Assembly: GCF_001194135.2 (NCBI RefSeq)
Contig: NC_068984.1
Location: 28,493,861 to 28,557,860, forward strand
DNA length: 64,000 nt
DNA from: Octopus bimaculoides
Taxonomy: Eukaryota
Reading direction: 5' to 3'
A program made the translations under genes and the position numbers. This document shows, piece by piece, positions 1 through 11,913 of this stretch. How positions within the stretch are numbered: the stretch's first letter is position 1; every line of letters begins with the position of its first letter. The notes under the pieces were generated by a model. That model saw only the letters and a list, made by a program, of their open reading frames with translations, was not told the origin of the DNA and ran no database searches.

Positions 1-394
1 GTTTAGTGGGGAATGGATGCAGTGATGTTGTCTTGATACGAGTTAAGCATAATGTATTTTTGCTGTTAAATGTAATAAGGGAAGCTCTCAAGGTCTCCAT
101 GATGCACGTGAATGATGCATGGGGAGGAATGAAAGGTGGGCTGATGAATGCAGTGGCAAGTAGGTCCAATTATTTTCAAGAAAATGCTACCCTCTCAAAT
201 GCTTGTTCCCACAAGACTTAATTAGCTTATTTTCAAATTTTTATTTGTGCAGATCTTCTAATAGTTTATTTTTTATTCTTAAAAGGTTTCAAAATGAACT
301 CTTGTAGAAATGTGGTACACTTTTAAAACATTTTACTGAGATGAATCTGAAAGATGAATACAACAGAGTAAAATATGGTTTATTGTTCACTCAC

Positions 395-556
395 GTTCAA
401 TTCGAGAACTTCCACTTGCAAAGGGAGTTGTCTTAGTCTGATGGTTCCTCTGTGTTATAACAGGATATTGTGGATGTTTTCCAGGAATAAAGATTTCTCT
501 GCCAGGTGTTCCTGAAGAACTGACTGTCGTAGATTTTGTGCTTGATATTCCAATTT
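395..556 (-). CDS. Internal coding exon (162 bp, phase 1-1): Ser/Thr/Pro-rich stalk following the Ig domain of a lachesin/DIP/IgLON-like protein
   Basis: Minus strand has acceptor ttttgcctgcAG (AG at 558-557) and donor GTGAGT (394-389). The frame is open: (E)IGISSTKSTTVSSSGTPGREIFIPGKHPQYPVITQRNHQTKTTPFASGSSRIE. The phase matches the Ig exon donor, and the junction gives MVLY-E-I, the usual ending after Ig3 in this family. Not in the ORF track. Confidence 0.8.
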
Positions 557-2569
557 CTGCAGGCAAAATATGTATTACAATTTGAAATTAAGGTATGTGT
601 GTATGTACAATTAAGTGTTCTGGTTTTAATTAATTGAATTTACCTTTTTTTTGTGATTAGTAAACTAGAATTCTATGGAAATATGAATTTATATATTTCA
701 TGTTTATTCAGCATTTTCATATGTAATTACACTTTGCAAAGTTTGTATATGTTTACATTTTTTTGTATAAAAGTGAATAAAAAGTAAAATATCTGCCTTT
801 AAAAAAAATAATACAAACATATTTAACATTCAAGCTTTGATTATCTATTACTGCAAAGACATAAAATTAAAAATGCAACTGGTGACATTAAATATCATAA
901 AAAAAATTATATGATTTTTTACAGGTGACTTGAATAAATTAGTTGCAGGTTCTTTGGTAATTTCTGTCTTAGAATAAGGAAAACATTTTACATCAAATCT
1001 CAGCTTTGACTTAACAACAACAGAAAATATTTACTACACAAGATTGTTATTAATAAGAATGGAATGATTCTTGAAGAAATGTCTGAAACAAAGGTGAAAT
1101 AGTTATTTCTGTTCACATCACTTCTATTAAAGATATTCCATTCTTATCAATAACAATCTTGCATGCAGTACACCAACACATTACATTTGTGAATAGATAT
1201 ATCATCATAATTTAATGTTCGTTGTCCATGCTGGCATGGGTTGGACAGTTTTACTGGGCTGGTACACTGGAAGGCTGCACCAAACTCCAATATAAATGTG
1301 TACTTATATACATAAAAATACAAATATATCTGAGTGCATCTAGGTATCTTTGGATTAACACTACTTGGGCAGTAATAAGATTTGTTAAAGTCACAATTAA
1401 ACGAGATGTGCTGCATTTCAATGGCTTGATGTGCAAAGATCATCTTGATGCTAAATCTTATTTTTCCTAATTAAGATGTATCCACTGGTCTTCGCACATC
1501 AAACTACTGAAATGCAGAACATATTGTTTATCTGTGACTTCAACAAATGTTACTGCCACCCAAGTGCTGTCAATTTGAAGATTTTCAACCCTCACTCCAC
1601 ACAAACATATAGACGATGGGCTTCCATATAAATTCTGCCCACGCTTGTTTGCTCAAGACACACAAAGAAATTGTGAGGTGAACTTTTTAACCCCACAAGA
1701 AGATAGATGTTTTCGTATAGTTATGCTTCATCAGTTATTCACACTGAATCCATTACTTATAGCTTACTAAGAAGTGCTATTTTTATGTGTAAATGGCAAA
1801 TGGTAAATTTGCTGACATGTGCAAAGGTTTGGCAAGTCTAATGATGTCACTGATTGCCTATCCTAATGTGTTGTTACATACATTGTCTACAAAGAAAATT
1901 CCTCCTCCAAGACAGTTAATGCAATGAAGATATTTTCAATTTCCAGTGTGTATGAAACTGTATACACATAATTATTTTAATCATTGTTGTTAAGAGAGTT
2001 TTAATTGATCAATTACAACTTGAAAAAGCATTGCACATGCCAGCAAATCTAGTTTTTGCAGTTTTTAGTGGGATATGAATAATGGATTCCGTGCCTGTGA
2101 TTGATGAAGTCTACTCAGAAACATAGGTTTTACACTCCAATGACATTATTCCTAGTGCAGCTCAGAGTATTTTCATATACACTGTCTGTGAGGAGGATAC
2201 CCCACCCCCAGTGACAGTTATTGCAGTGAAGATCTTTCTGAGATTGCATGTACATGTGATGTTAAAATACAAATGTACATAGCTTAATTTTAACCATTGC
2301 TGCTTAGTGAGCCTTTAATTAATATATAATACTGAAATAAAAAAGATAATCTCCATAGAATCTTGGTTATTAATTCTAACCAACTATAAGACATATTATA
2401 CCAATTTTCTTAGATAGCTGAATGATAATAACCAATGATACTTTGAAATTGACTGGTTAGAATTTAAAAGAGTATTCATTTTTAAAAACTCTGAAGGCCT
2501 ATGTTAATATTGATGAAACAAACTTACAGTATTTTTACCTATGTTTGATTAATTATATTAGTAGACTAC

Positions 2570-2773
2570 CACCTGACTGGCCTTCGTGAGGGTGACATGT
2601 AAAAGCACCCACTACACTCTGAGTGGTTGGCGTTAGGAAGGGCATCCAGCTGTAGAAACTCTGCCAAATCAGATTGGAGCCTGGTGTAGCCATCTGGTTT
2701 CACCAGTCCTCAGTCAAATCGTCCAACCCATGCTAGCATGGGAAGTGGACGTTAAACGATAATGATGATGATG
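2570..2773 (+). mobile_element. Short RTE-type 3' tail (5'-truncated LINE or tail-sharing SINE)
   Basis: ggtgacatgtaaaagcacccactacactc...ggaagggcatccagctgtagaaactc...catgctagcatgg...gttaaacga(tga)n; matches the 3' UTRs at 8232-8582, 19597-19915 and 45491-45788. Confidence 0.85.
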
Positions 2774-3448
2774 ACTTTCTTAGATAACATCAAACTAACT
2801 GTGCTAAAGTGCTCCTTCAAAAATGTCAAATATTTATTCTCTTCCTAACAGTCAAAATGTTTCAGTTTTTGTATTCATTAGCTTGGAGTAGGGCTTGTAT
2901 GTTTGCTTTTACCCCTTCAAGATAGACTATTATTTACCATCATCCATCTTGTTACTTTAATAACCATCATTATTAATGTAGGTTGTGTAGCTTATCTGCT
3001 CCGACAAATGTCTCTAATAATACACCAATTTTTAATTTCATTCACACTCAGTTTGCTATTCAATTGCATGTGGTTTCATACCAAGGGCATCATTCATTTC
3101 CATTCCATGTCTATAGAAACACATTGATCTTGCTTCCATATGGTAATTAATTCACTCTAAGTCCCAAATAAATATCATAACAGACAGGCCATTTAAAATA
3201 TTGGTTGATTTTAGAGATTCAGCAAAATTTCTCAACAATACAATAAGCAATTATTTATTGGACTATGGCACCTTGAAACTAAAATTCAAAATTTATTTCT
3301 CTAGCTTTAAACATCTTGCACAGATTTGGAAACTGCTATTTAATCAATGCTGCCTGTATGAATCAGGAAAAAAAAGAGACAATGTTTCTTCTTCCCCTCC
3401 CTCTTAGTAATCTTAAACCTAAAATCAATTTCTTTCTCTCTCATACAG

Positions 3449-3505
3449 ATTACAAAGTAGATGTAAGCAGATGGAACACAAGTAATTATTCCTCTGAATA
3501 TTATG
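3449..3505 (+). other. Candidate 57-bp plus-strand exon, antisense to the Ig gene
   Basis: Acceptor tttctttctctctcatacAG and donor G|GTAAGA; only one frame is open: (D)YKVDVSRWNTSNYSSEYY(G). No partner exon confirmed. Confidence 0.3.
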
Positions 3506-4104
3506 GTAAGAAAGGAAAAACCAAAAAAAAAAAAAACTAAGTGTTTAGAAAAATATTATTCAAATTATTATTTTAAAATTCAAGAAAAATACAAGGAATG
3601 TGTTATAGCAATTATAGCTGAAGGGAAATTGTCAGCTGATATGTGATGTATCTTAGTCACTATACACCCAGTTGCACAAAGACACACTGATGCACACGCA
3701 CATGCATATTAACACCCACTGTAATAAAAATCAAGTCACAAAATCATATAAACTTTTATATCATATTGCAGTTTGAAGTTATAAGTTATTCAACTGCAGC
3801 AGCCTATGGAGAAACACAGCTGTGTTTGATATAGATTGACTGAGGGAAAATATTATTAGAAATAAAGCTAAAATGGATCATGATTTACTTCAATATTGGT
3901 CAGACCAATATTTACATTCTTTATTGAAAGTTTGTTGAAATGGATTCATAAATTGGCTTTTAGGTAAAACTCTTCCCAATATTTTGGGAGTGAATTTTGT
4001 TTCAATAAAGTTGAGCTTTCCACTTATTTAAGATGGTTTCTCTACAAATCTATATAATTCAAGCATTGGCTGAAATGACTGAGAATTTTAAGATTATTAT
4101 CATT

Positions 4105-4795
4105 ATGGCAAAATTGTTAGCCCACAGGGCAAACTGCTTAGTGGTATTTCAGCACCTTTACATTTTGAGTACAAATTCTGCTGAAGTCAACTTTGCTTTT
4201 CATCCTTTTGGGGTTGATAAAATAAATACCAGTTAGGCACTGGGGTCAATGTAATTGACTAACCCCCTTTTCAAACTTGCTGGTCTTGGGCCAAAATTTG
4301 AAATCATCATCATTATTATATTTATTATTATTATTATTTATTTATTAAGGTAGCAAGCTGGCAGAATCATCAGCATGCTGGATGATATGCTAAGTGGTAT
4401 TTTGTCCATCAGCATGTTCTAAGTTCATATTCTGCCAAGGTTGACTTTGCCTTTCATCCTTTTGGGGGTTGATAAATAAAGTACCATTGAAACACTGGGG
4501 TCAATGTAACTGACTAGTCCCCTCCCACAAAATTTCAGGCCTTATGCCTATAGTAGAAAGGATTATTATTATTGTTGATTTAAAACATTATTACTGTTAC
4601 TATAAAAGGTAGCAAGCAAGAATGTATTTGTTTCGACTCTTTACATTTTGAGTTCAAATCTCACAGAAGTCAACCTACTTTTCCCCCTGCCTAGGATAAG
4701 TAAAATGAAATACCAGTAAAGTACTGTGGTTGATGGTTTCAACTAACCCACTCCCCTGAATTCCAGGTGTTGTGTTTCTATGTTAGAAAGTAATA
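4105..4795 (+). mobile_element. Three head-to-tail diverged SINE copies (family with a gcctttcatcctttcggggtcgataaa core, Nin-domain-like)
   Basis: The core recurs at about 4190, 4445 and 4670; copies are separated by (TAT)n tails; same family as 26286-26518 and 44556-44787. Confidence 0.75.
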
Positions 4796-7700
4796 TTACT
4801 ATTGTAATGACAATAATAATTTAGAATTAGACTGAATATTAGAGAATGGAAAAACTGTAACAATAATAAATGCAAACTTATTCAATTATTCACTGAGAAG
4901 TCAAACTTTGAAACAAATGTGGAGATTATATAAGTGATGCATATAACATTTGTTGTCAACTTGTGGGAGGAATAACAATAAATTCAAAGAAGTATATAAA
5001 AATGAAATAGAAAAAAAAACAATTACAAATAAAAGAAAAGACACATTACCATAGAAAGTTTTAGAGATATTCAAAAGCCTTTAAAATGGAAAAGTTCTTG
5101 AGTTAATTTTTTTAAAGCAGATTTGGATAGAGAAACATATCTTCCTTGGGTACTCTATACAGGCAGCTACTACAACCAGATTTGAATCAGTACTAATTTT
5201 GCAGTGAGAAAGAGAAAATGTGACTATGTATATAAGTAGCTGAAAAATGAAAACTCAGAAGGATAACATATGATATCACAACAAAGTGTGTTTTGAGCTT
5301 GATTAGAATCTGTATAGAACATATTGATTATGGTTCTCTTGTTTCTAGCATGTAATGAAAAGGGGCCTGAAAAACCAGCTTATTATCAAAATACAACAAA
5401 ATTTATCAAAAGTACAAGAACCTGAAAATTGAAATAATTAATGTGGCATATGAATACAGGCAATACTATTTACAATTGCTGCTTTATGCATGATAGAAAG
5501 GAACATGTACAAGCTTATTGAAATATCCATAAGCTAAAAATAGCATTACTATGCATAGTGCACATTCTGTGCTGAACTTTCTCAACATAATAACAGAATT
5601 TATGATATAGAGTATGCATTTTTATACAAGACTCCAATCTCAATAAAATAATACCTTACAAAAGCCAAAACCAATCAAAAGAAACAAACAACAAAGCACT
5701 GTAAATATAGTTCCAAAACAACTTGCGCAACATAACATCCACTCTAACACAAATGCGATTGACCAAACCACTGGTATTAGAACTAAAAAATATTGATATC
5801 TTATTACCAATTAATAAAGGGTACAGGCCTAAAAGGTTTTTTGATTTACTTGAAATAGAAGCTAAATCTTCAAATTTCACTCTGTTATGTTGAAACAATA
5901 AGAAAACATATTACATAATATAATCAGGTTGGCAATAACCAAGAAATGGTCTGGTGAAAGAGATGACTTGGTGCTAAACAACAACACTGTGATATACCTA
6001 CAAGGGAAAAGGTGCATGAAATGATGAAATGATATAATAATAATGATTTCATCTGAGAAAGATAGCAAAAATGATATAGTAATTTCTGATTTAGGCACAA
6101 GCTAAGCAAATTTGAAGGAAAGTGAGGTAGTCAGTATCATCAAACCCAGTTTTTGACTGGAAGGATGATAACTGAAGTTTAACTCAGCAAGATTTGAATC
6201 CAGAGCAAATGCCACAAGGTGTATGTCTCAATGATCTAACAATTCTGCCAGCTGCACTCACAAACAACAAAATCTTCACTTTGCAGGCATGACCTTCTAG
6301 GTTCAATGAGGATAAGTGCAAAACTTTTCTGTAAATAAATAATTCTATATGATAAAATCTTAATTCTCAGTAGTATGCTACCTTGTAATATGGGACACTT
6401 TAAACCTCTAATTCTCAGGTAGAAGAACATGTGTTGCAACCCTTTGGGTTTGCATATATATATGTGTGTGTGGAAAGTGGACATTAAATGATGATGATAT
6501 ATACATATACACATAAATACTAGCAAAAACACCCATCCTTTGGACAGTTTAAGTTGTTTTGGTGGTATGTTTTCATCAAATAATTGAACTACCGGGAGGG
6601 TTTATGAGCCATATGGAAGTCTACGTTTCCGATTAACCTAGGAATGGAAAATCAAATTGAAGGCTGGTTATTGTGGAGGTTGTTGCACTTTAATGATCAT
6701 AGAACATATAAGTTTGTAAGCGATGCAAATTGGAGCTACTGAAGTGTTTTGGGAGTAGATTACAAATAATGACTACAAAATGTGATTGTTTTACATGAAA
6801 GCGAAATTTCTTGTCAGAAACAGCCACATAAATGGTGTACTGAAATTGAAGGAAGACATTGAAACTTCCCCTCTGTGAGTTTATTTTTTTCAGCAGCAAA
6901 GGGAGCTATTTTTTCGGAGAGATAAGCTGACAAAAGCCCCTTTATTCTGTCTTCCTACATAGCCTGCACATAAACTAACAGCAAATGCTCATAAATTTAA
7001 ATTGGTATGGAGCTTTCTGAAAGATACGTACAGCTTTCACCAGTGGAAGCAAAACTCTTATTTAAAGGTTGATTCTTTGGGACGAATCATATGTGATTGT
7101 TTGAAAAAGGCTAGAAAGACAATGTTAAAACATATTTGAAACAATGGACAAGAGTCGAAATATCATGATGGATGGATAAATAAGCATCCTTAAAGTGAAA
7201 CAACGCATTGGGAGGTAAACAAAGGTATCAACAAATAGAAGAGAGGGAAGGGAATATCACTTTTCAAGTAACTCAGAATAGATAAAGGTAAGCCTGCCAA
7301 AGTTTAATGCAGTTAAATATGGAGATTAAGATTGTTTGTTATTGGATATTCATCATGTACAGTGTTCCTAGTCAATTTAATCACCGTGGCAGGTGGATGG
7401 TTGAAATAAATAAATAGACAAATCCTTTCACTTTTATATAAGGGAAACAGAGATAGAGATGGAGAGAGAAACTTATAGTTAGAAAGCAATACAATGGGTC
7501 AGGCAGAGACACCTCAATGACAGTGATAAAGATTCAACCGGACTCCAAACACATGTTAATAAAATTTATCATTATATACTGGGAAAAGACAGTCTAAAGA
7601 AAGAACCTTTGTTTCTCTTCCCTTAGACTTGGCCAGAATAAAACACGACAAAATTCCCCACACTTTATGTACTTACCTTAATCCAAAAACTAACCCAAGT

Positions 7701-8231
7701 AAGCTGTTTTCATACAATGTAAACAAACTTAACATTCAAAAATTTCCTATATTTGATATTTTCAGCAAACTACAAAATTGCATACAAATGAAACGTTCAT
7801 TCAAATTCAATATACAGAGCTTGTATTATGAGAGAAATGCAGTTGGATGTAGAGATCTAGTCATATTCACTCAACCATATGTTGATCCTTTGACAATGGT
7901 TATATTCACTCAACCACATGCTGATCGAACGAAAGACATCTTTTATGTGCAGTACACTGACAGTAATATATTTCAGTCAGAGACCACCTAAATTTCAGTT
8001 AAATCCTATCTAATCACAAGTCTTCAAGGTTCTCTAGGAGCTGAGTTAATCACATGTTAACAAACCAATGCCATCTTGTAATATAGTTTCTCAGGTAATG
8101 TGTGTGAGTGAATATATAAATATAGTTCGAATTGACAGAAAACACGACAAAGACAGGTGAGAGAACAATAACCAGGTGTATATGTATATACATTTATATG
8201 CATATATATATATACATTTATATGCACACAT

Positions 8232-9525
8232 ATCATCATCATCATCGTCGTTTAACGTCCGCTTTCCATGCTAGCATGGGTTGGACGATTTGACTGAGGA
8301 CTGGTGAAACCGGATGGCAACACCAGGCTCCAGTCTGATTTGGCAGAGTTTCTACAGCTGGATGCCCTTCCTAACGCCAACCACTCAGAGAGTGTAGTGG
8401 GTGCTTTTACGTGTCACCCGCACGAAAACGGCCACGCTTGCAATGGTGTCTTTTATGTGCCACCTGCACAAGCCAGTCCAGGGGCACTGGCAACGATCTT
8501 GCTCGAAAATCCTACAGGAGCCAGTCAGGCGGTACTGGCAACGGCCACGCTCAAAATGGTGCATCTCATGTGCCACCCGCACNNNNNNNNNNNNNNNNNN
8601 NNNNNNNNNNNNNNNNNNNNNNNNNNNNNNNNNNNNNNNNNNNNNNNNNNNNNNNNNNNNNNNNNNNNNNNNNNNNNNNNNNNNNNNNNNNNNNNNNNNN
8701 NNNNNNNNNNNNNNNNNNNNNNNNNNNNNNNNNNNNNNNNNNNNNNNNNNNNNNNNNNNNNNNNNNNNNNNNNNNNNNNNNNNNNNNNNNNNNNNNNNNN
8801 NNNNNNNNNNNNNNNNNNNNNNNNNNNNNNNNNNNNNNNNNNNNNNNNNNNNNNNNNNNNNNNNNNNNNNNNNNNNNNNNNNNNNNNNNNNNNNNNNNNN
8901 NNNNNNNNNNNNNNNNNNNNNNNNNNNNNNNNNNNNNNNNNNNNNNNNNNNNNNNNNNNNNNNNNNNNNNNNNNNNNNNNNNNNNNNNNNNNNNNNNNNN
9001 NNNNNNNNNNNNNNNNNNNNNNNNNNNNNNNNNNNNNNNNNNNNNNNNNNNNNNNNNNNNNNNNNNNNNNNNNNNNNNNNNNNNNNNNNNNNNNNNNNNN
9101 NNNNNNNNNNNNNNNNNNNNNNNNNNNNNNNNNNNNNNNNNNNNNNNNNNNNNNNNNNNNNNNNNNNNNNNNNNNNNNNNNNNNNNNNNNNNNNNNNNNN
9201 NNNNNNNNNNNNNNNNNCACTTTCAGCGCACCCACCCCCACTACTAACTTGGTCGCCCAGATAGCGGAAGCTATCGACTACCTCTAGTTTTTCACCCTGG
9301 AATGAGATAGAAGTTGTTTCCTGTTTGTTTGCAGTCTTTATTGCACCTGAACATCTGCCACAAACAAAAACTAACTTGCTAGTTAACCTGCCTTTGATGT
9401 TGCTGCACCTCTTATGTGTCCATAGCTTGCACCGGGTACATCTTATAGAGTTACTACCTACTCCTTTTCTACATACTGAGCAGGGCCATCTACCTGAAGG
9501 GGTTTGTGTTTTATCTACCTTCCTA
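8232..9525 (-). mobile_element. 5'-truncated RTE-clade LINE (copy 1): PHD finger, RT YLG motif, gap, 3' UTR and (GAT)n tail
   Basis: Translation ...WPCSVCRKGVGSNSIRCTRCKLWTHKRCSNIKGRLTSKLVFVCGRC...LEVVDSFRYLGDQVSSGGGCAES; 3' UTR nearly identical to copy 3; N-gap at 8583-9217. Confidence 0.9.
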
Positions 9526-9617
9526 CTTATTATATATATATATGTATATACATTTATATGCATGTATGTGTATATACATATGTGTATGTATGCATGTATA
9601 TATATTCTTTTATACTA

Positions 9618-9838
9618 TTACTTGTTCCAGTCATTTGATTGCAGCCATGCTAGACCACTGCTTTAAAGGGTTTTAGTCAAAGAAATTGATCCCAGGACTT
9701 ATTCTTTGTAAGCCTAGTACTTATTCTATCAGTCTCTTTTGCCAAACCACTACGTTACAGGGATGTAATCACACCAATATCAGTTGAGAAATGATGGCAG
9801 GGGGACAAACAAAGACACACACACACACACACACACAT
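9618..9838 (-). mobile_element. 3' half of the SINE family seen at 11519-11913
   Basis: Reverse complement of the cagtcatttga...gcggccatgct and ccaggacttattctttgtaagcctagtacttattctatc segments, running into a (CA)n tract. Confidence 0.75.
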
Positions 9839-9847
9839 ACATATATG

Positions 9848-11097
9848 CGGTTCTTGAGGAGACCCACCCACTTCAGCAAAACTGAGTTCGAGAAGCACTG
9901 TGGATTCCACTCACACGTAACAACAATAAAACCTTTTCCACACCCTAATAAACCAAACTACATCTCTCCTCTCCCTCACATTCCCTCTTTTCATGCACTA
10001 TGCTTATACTTCTCTTGCACTCCAATCCTGTCCGCACTGCTCACTGTATCATCGCTATCCTGTTGTCCCCCCACCATCTCTATAAGCCCAGGTTTTACCT
10101 GTCACTGCATACCCCACCCCCACACTCCTCACATTCATGTGAAGTCTCTACATCCTACTCATGCACCTTAGCAATACCCTATCATTTATATTCTGACCCT
10201 GTATCTTGAGGGCAAGCCCTTCCACTTTGCCACCATTTATCTCTCCTTGGTTATTCTCTACCATTCCATTTATTTTCTGATCCCTATTCCTTGTGAGTGT
10301 GGAGGTGCAATGGTCCAGTGGTTAGGGCAGCGGACTTGCAGTCAGAGGATCGCAGTTTCGATTCCCAGACCGGGCGTTGTGTGTGTTCATTGAGCAAAAA
10401 CACCTAAAGCTCCACGAGGCTCCGGCAGGGGGTGGTGGCGACCCCTGTTTTACTCTTTTACCCCAACTTTTTCTCACTCTTTCTTCCTGTTTCTTGAGTA
10501 AAGCTCCGATGGATTGGCATCCCGTCCAGCTGGGGGGGGGGGGCATATACGTCATAGAAACCAAGGAACCGGGCCCATGAGCTTGGCTAGGCTTTAAAAA
10601 GGGCACATAAGATAAGATTCCTTGAGAGCATGCCCTTGCAAATCGCCACCATTTCTCTTGCTCCTGCTCTATCCCTAAGACTGGTCAACTGTGTATCTCC
10701 TCTACAGCAACATACCTGTTACTAGCCTCAATCTTGATCTGTCCTCCTTTCTCTTTCTCTCTGATTGAGCAACCAAGTATCTCCTCTACAGCAAGACACC
10801 TATTTCTGTTTCTCTGTCACATACTAACCTTTCATCATCTGGCACAAGATCACCTCCAATGCCACATCCACTCTCAGAGGGTCTTTAACTTCGAAGTTAC
10901 TCTGTCACCCTGCCAGTGCTGGTGCCACATAAAAAGCACTCAGTCCACTCTGTGGAGTGGTTGATGTTAGGAAGGGTATCCAGTCATAAAAACAATGCCA
11001 AAACAGGTAACGAAGCATGGTGCAGTCTTCTGCCTTGCCAGCTCCTGTCAAACCATCCAACCCATGCCAGCATGGAAAGCAGACGTTAAATGATGAT
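9848..11097 (+). mobile_element. Old composite retroposon (pyrimidine-rich body plus RTE-type tail), interrupted by a SINE
   Basis: A C/T-rich body leads into gtgccacataaaaagcac...ggaagggtatccag...ccatgccagcatggaaagcagacgttaaatgatgat; homologous segments are visible at 46758-47630 (-). Confidence 0.6.
10298..10616 (+). mobile_element. tRNA-derived SINE with a 12-bp target-site duplication
   Basis: A-box tggtccagtggttag and B-box gtttcgattcc; TSD attccttgtgag (10286-10297) / attccttgagag (10617-10628). Confidence 0.85.
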
Positions 11098-11518
11098 ATA
11101 TATGTATTTATATATATACACGTATTTATTTTATATAATGATGTATGCATATGCTTATATATGTACACACATGTGTGTATATATACATATATGCATATAT
11201 ATGTATGTGTATATATATATACATATATATATATATATACATACATATTTATACAAGTGGGATTTGTGAATATTTCGTGGAATTGATAGTAAACCTATTG
11301 GGTTATTCCTGAAAACTCTATCCCAAAATCCTGAAAGTGTAGCCTGTGTTATGTCTTTATCAAAAGATAGTAGCTCATCTGCTATTCATTGGAAAGTGAA
11401 GGAAATTGGAATATGATGATTATTTAATGCATTTTACATATATATATATACTTTATATATTTTATACACAATTTTATAGACTTAATACACAGTACTCATC
11501 AATATATATATACGCACA

Positions 11519-11913
11519 AGGCACAGGAGTGGTTGTGTGGTAAGTAGCTTGCTTACCAACCACATGGTTCTGGGTTCAGTCCCACTGCGTGGCATCTTGG
11601 GCAAGTGTCTTCTACTATAGCCTCAGGCTGACCAAAGCCTTGTGAGTGGATTTGGTAGACGGAAACTGAAAGAAGCCCATCGTATATTTGTATATATATA
11701 TGTGTTTGTGTGTCTGTGTTTGTCCCCCTAGCATTGCTTGACAACCGATGCTGGTGTGTTTATGTCCCCGTCACTTAGCGGTTCGGCAAAAGAGACCGAT
11801 AGAATAAGTACTGGGCTTACAAAGAATAAGTCCCGGGGTTGATTTGCTCGACTAAAGGCGGTGCTCCAGCAAGGCCGCATTCAAATGACTGAAACAAGTA
11901 AAAGAGTAAAAGA
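11519..11913 (+). mobile_element. Near full-length tRNA-derived CORE-like SINE with an internal microsatellite
   Basis: Head aggcacaggagtggttgtgtggtaag...gggttcagtccc; core ttgggcaagtgtcttctactatagcc; tail gactgaaacaagtaaaagagtaaaaga; inverted copy at 56232-56616. Confidence 0.9.

Noticed and set aside
335-394. Second minus-strand acceptor about 48 nt after the stalk donor
   Set aside because: The intron would be implausibly short and the frame stops after 4 codons.
8304-9287. Long ORFs in the track (also 19759-20386, 44812-45704, 50410-50746)
   Set aside because: Their length comes from N runs; the + strand peptides are antisense readings of the RTE 3' UTR.
10298-10375. tRNA-like sequence with A and B boxes
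   Set aside because: It continues into a SINE body and has a TSD; no clean cloverleaf. It is a SINE head, not a tRNA gene.
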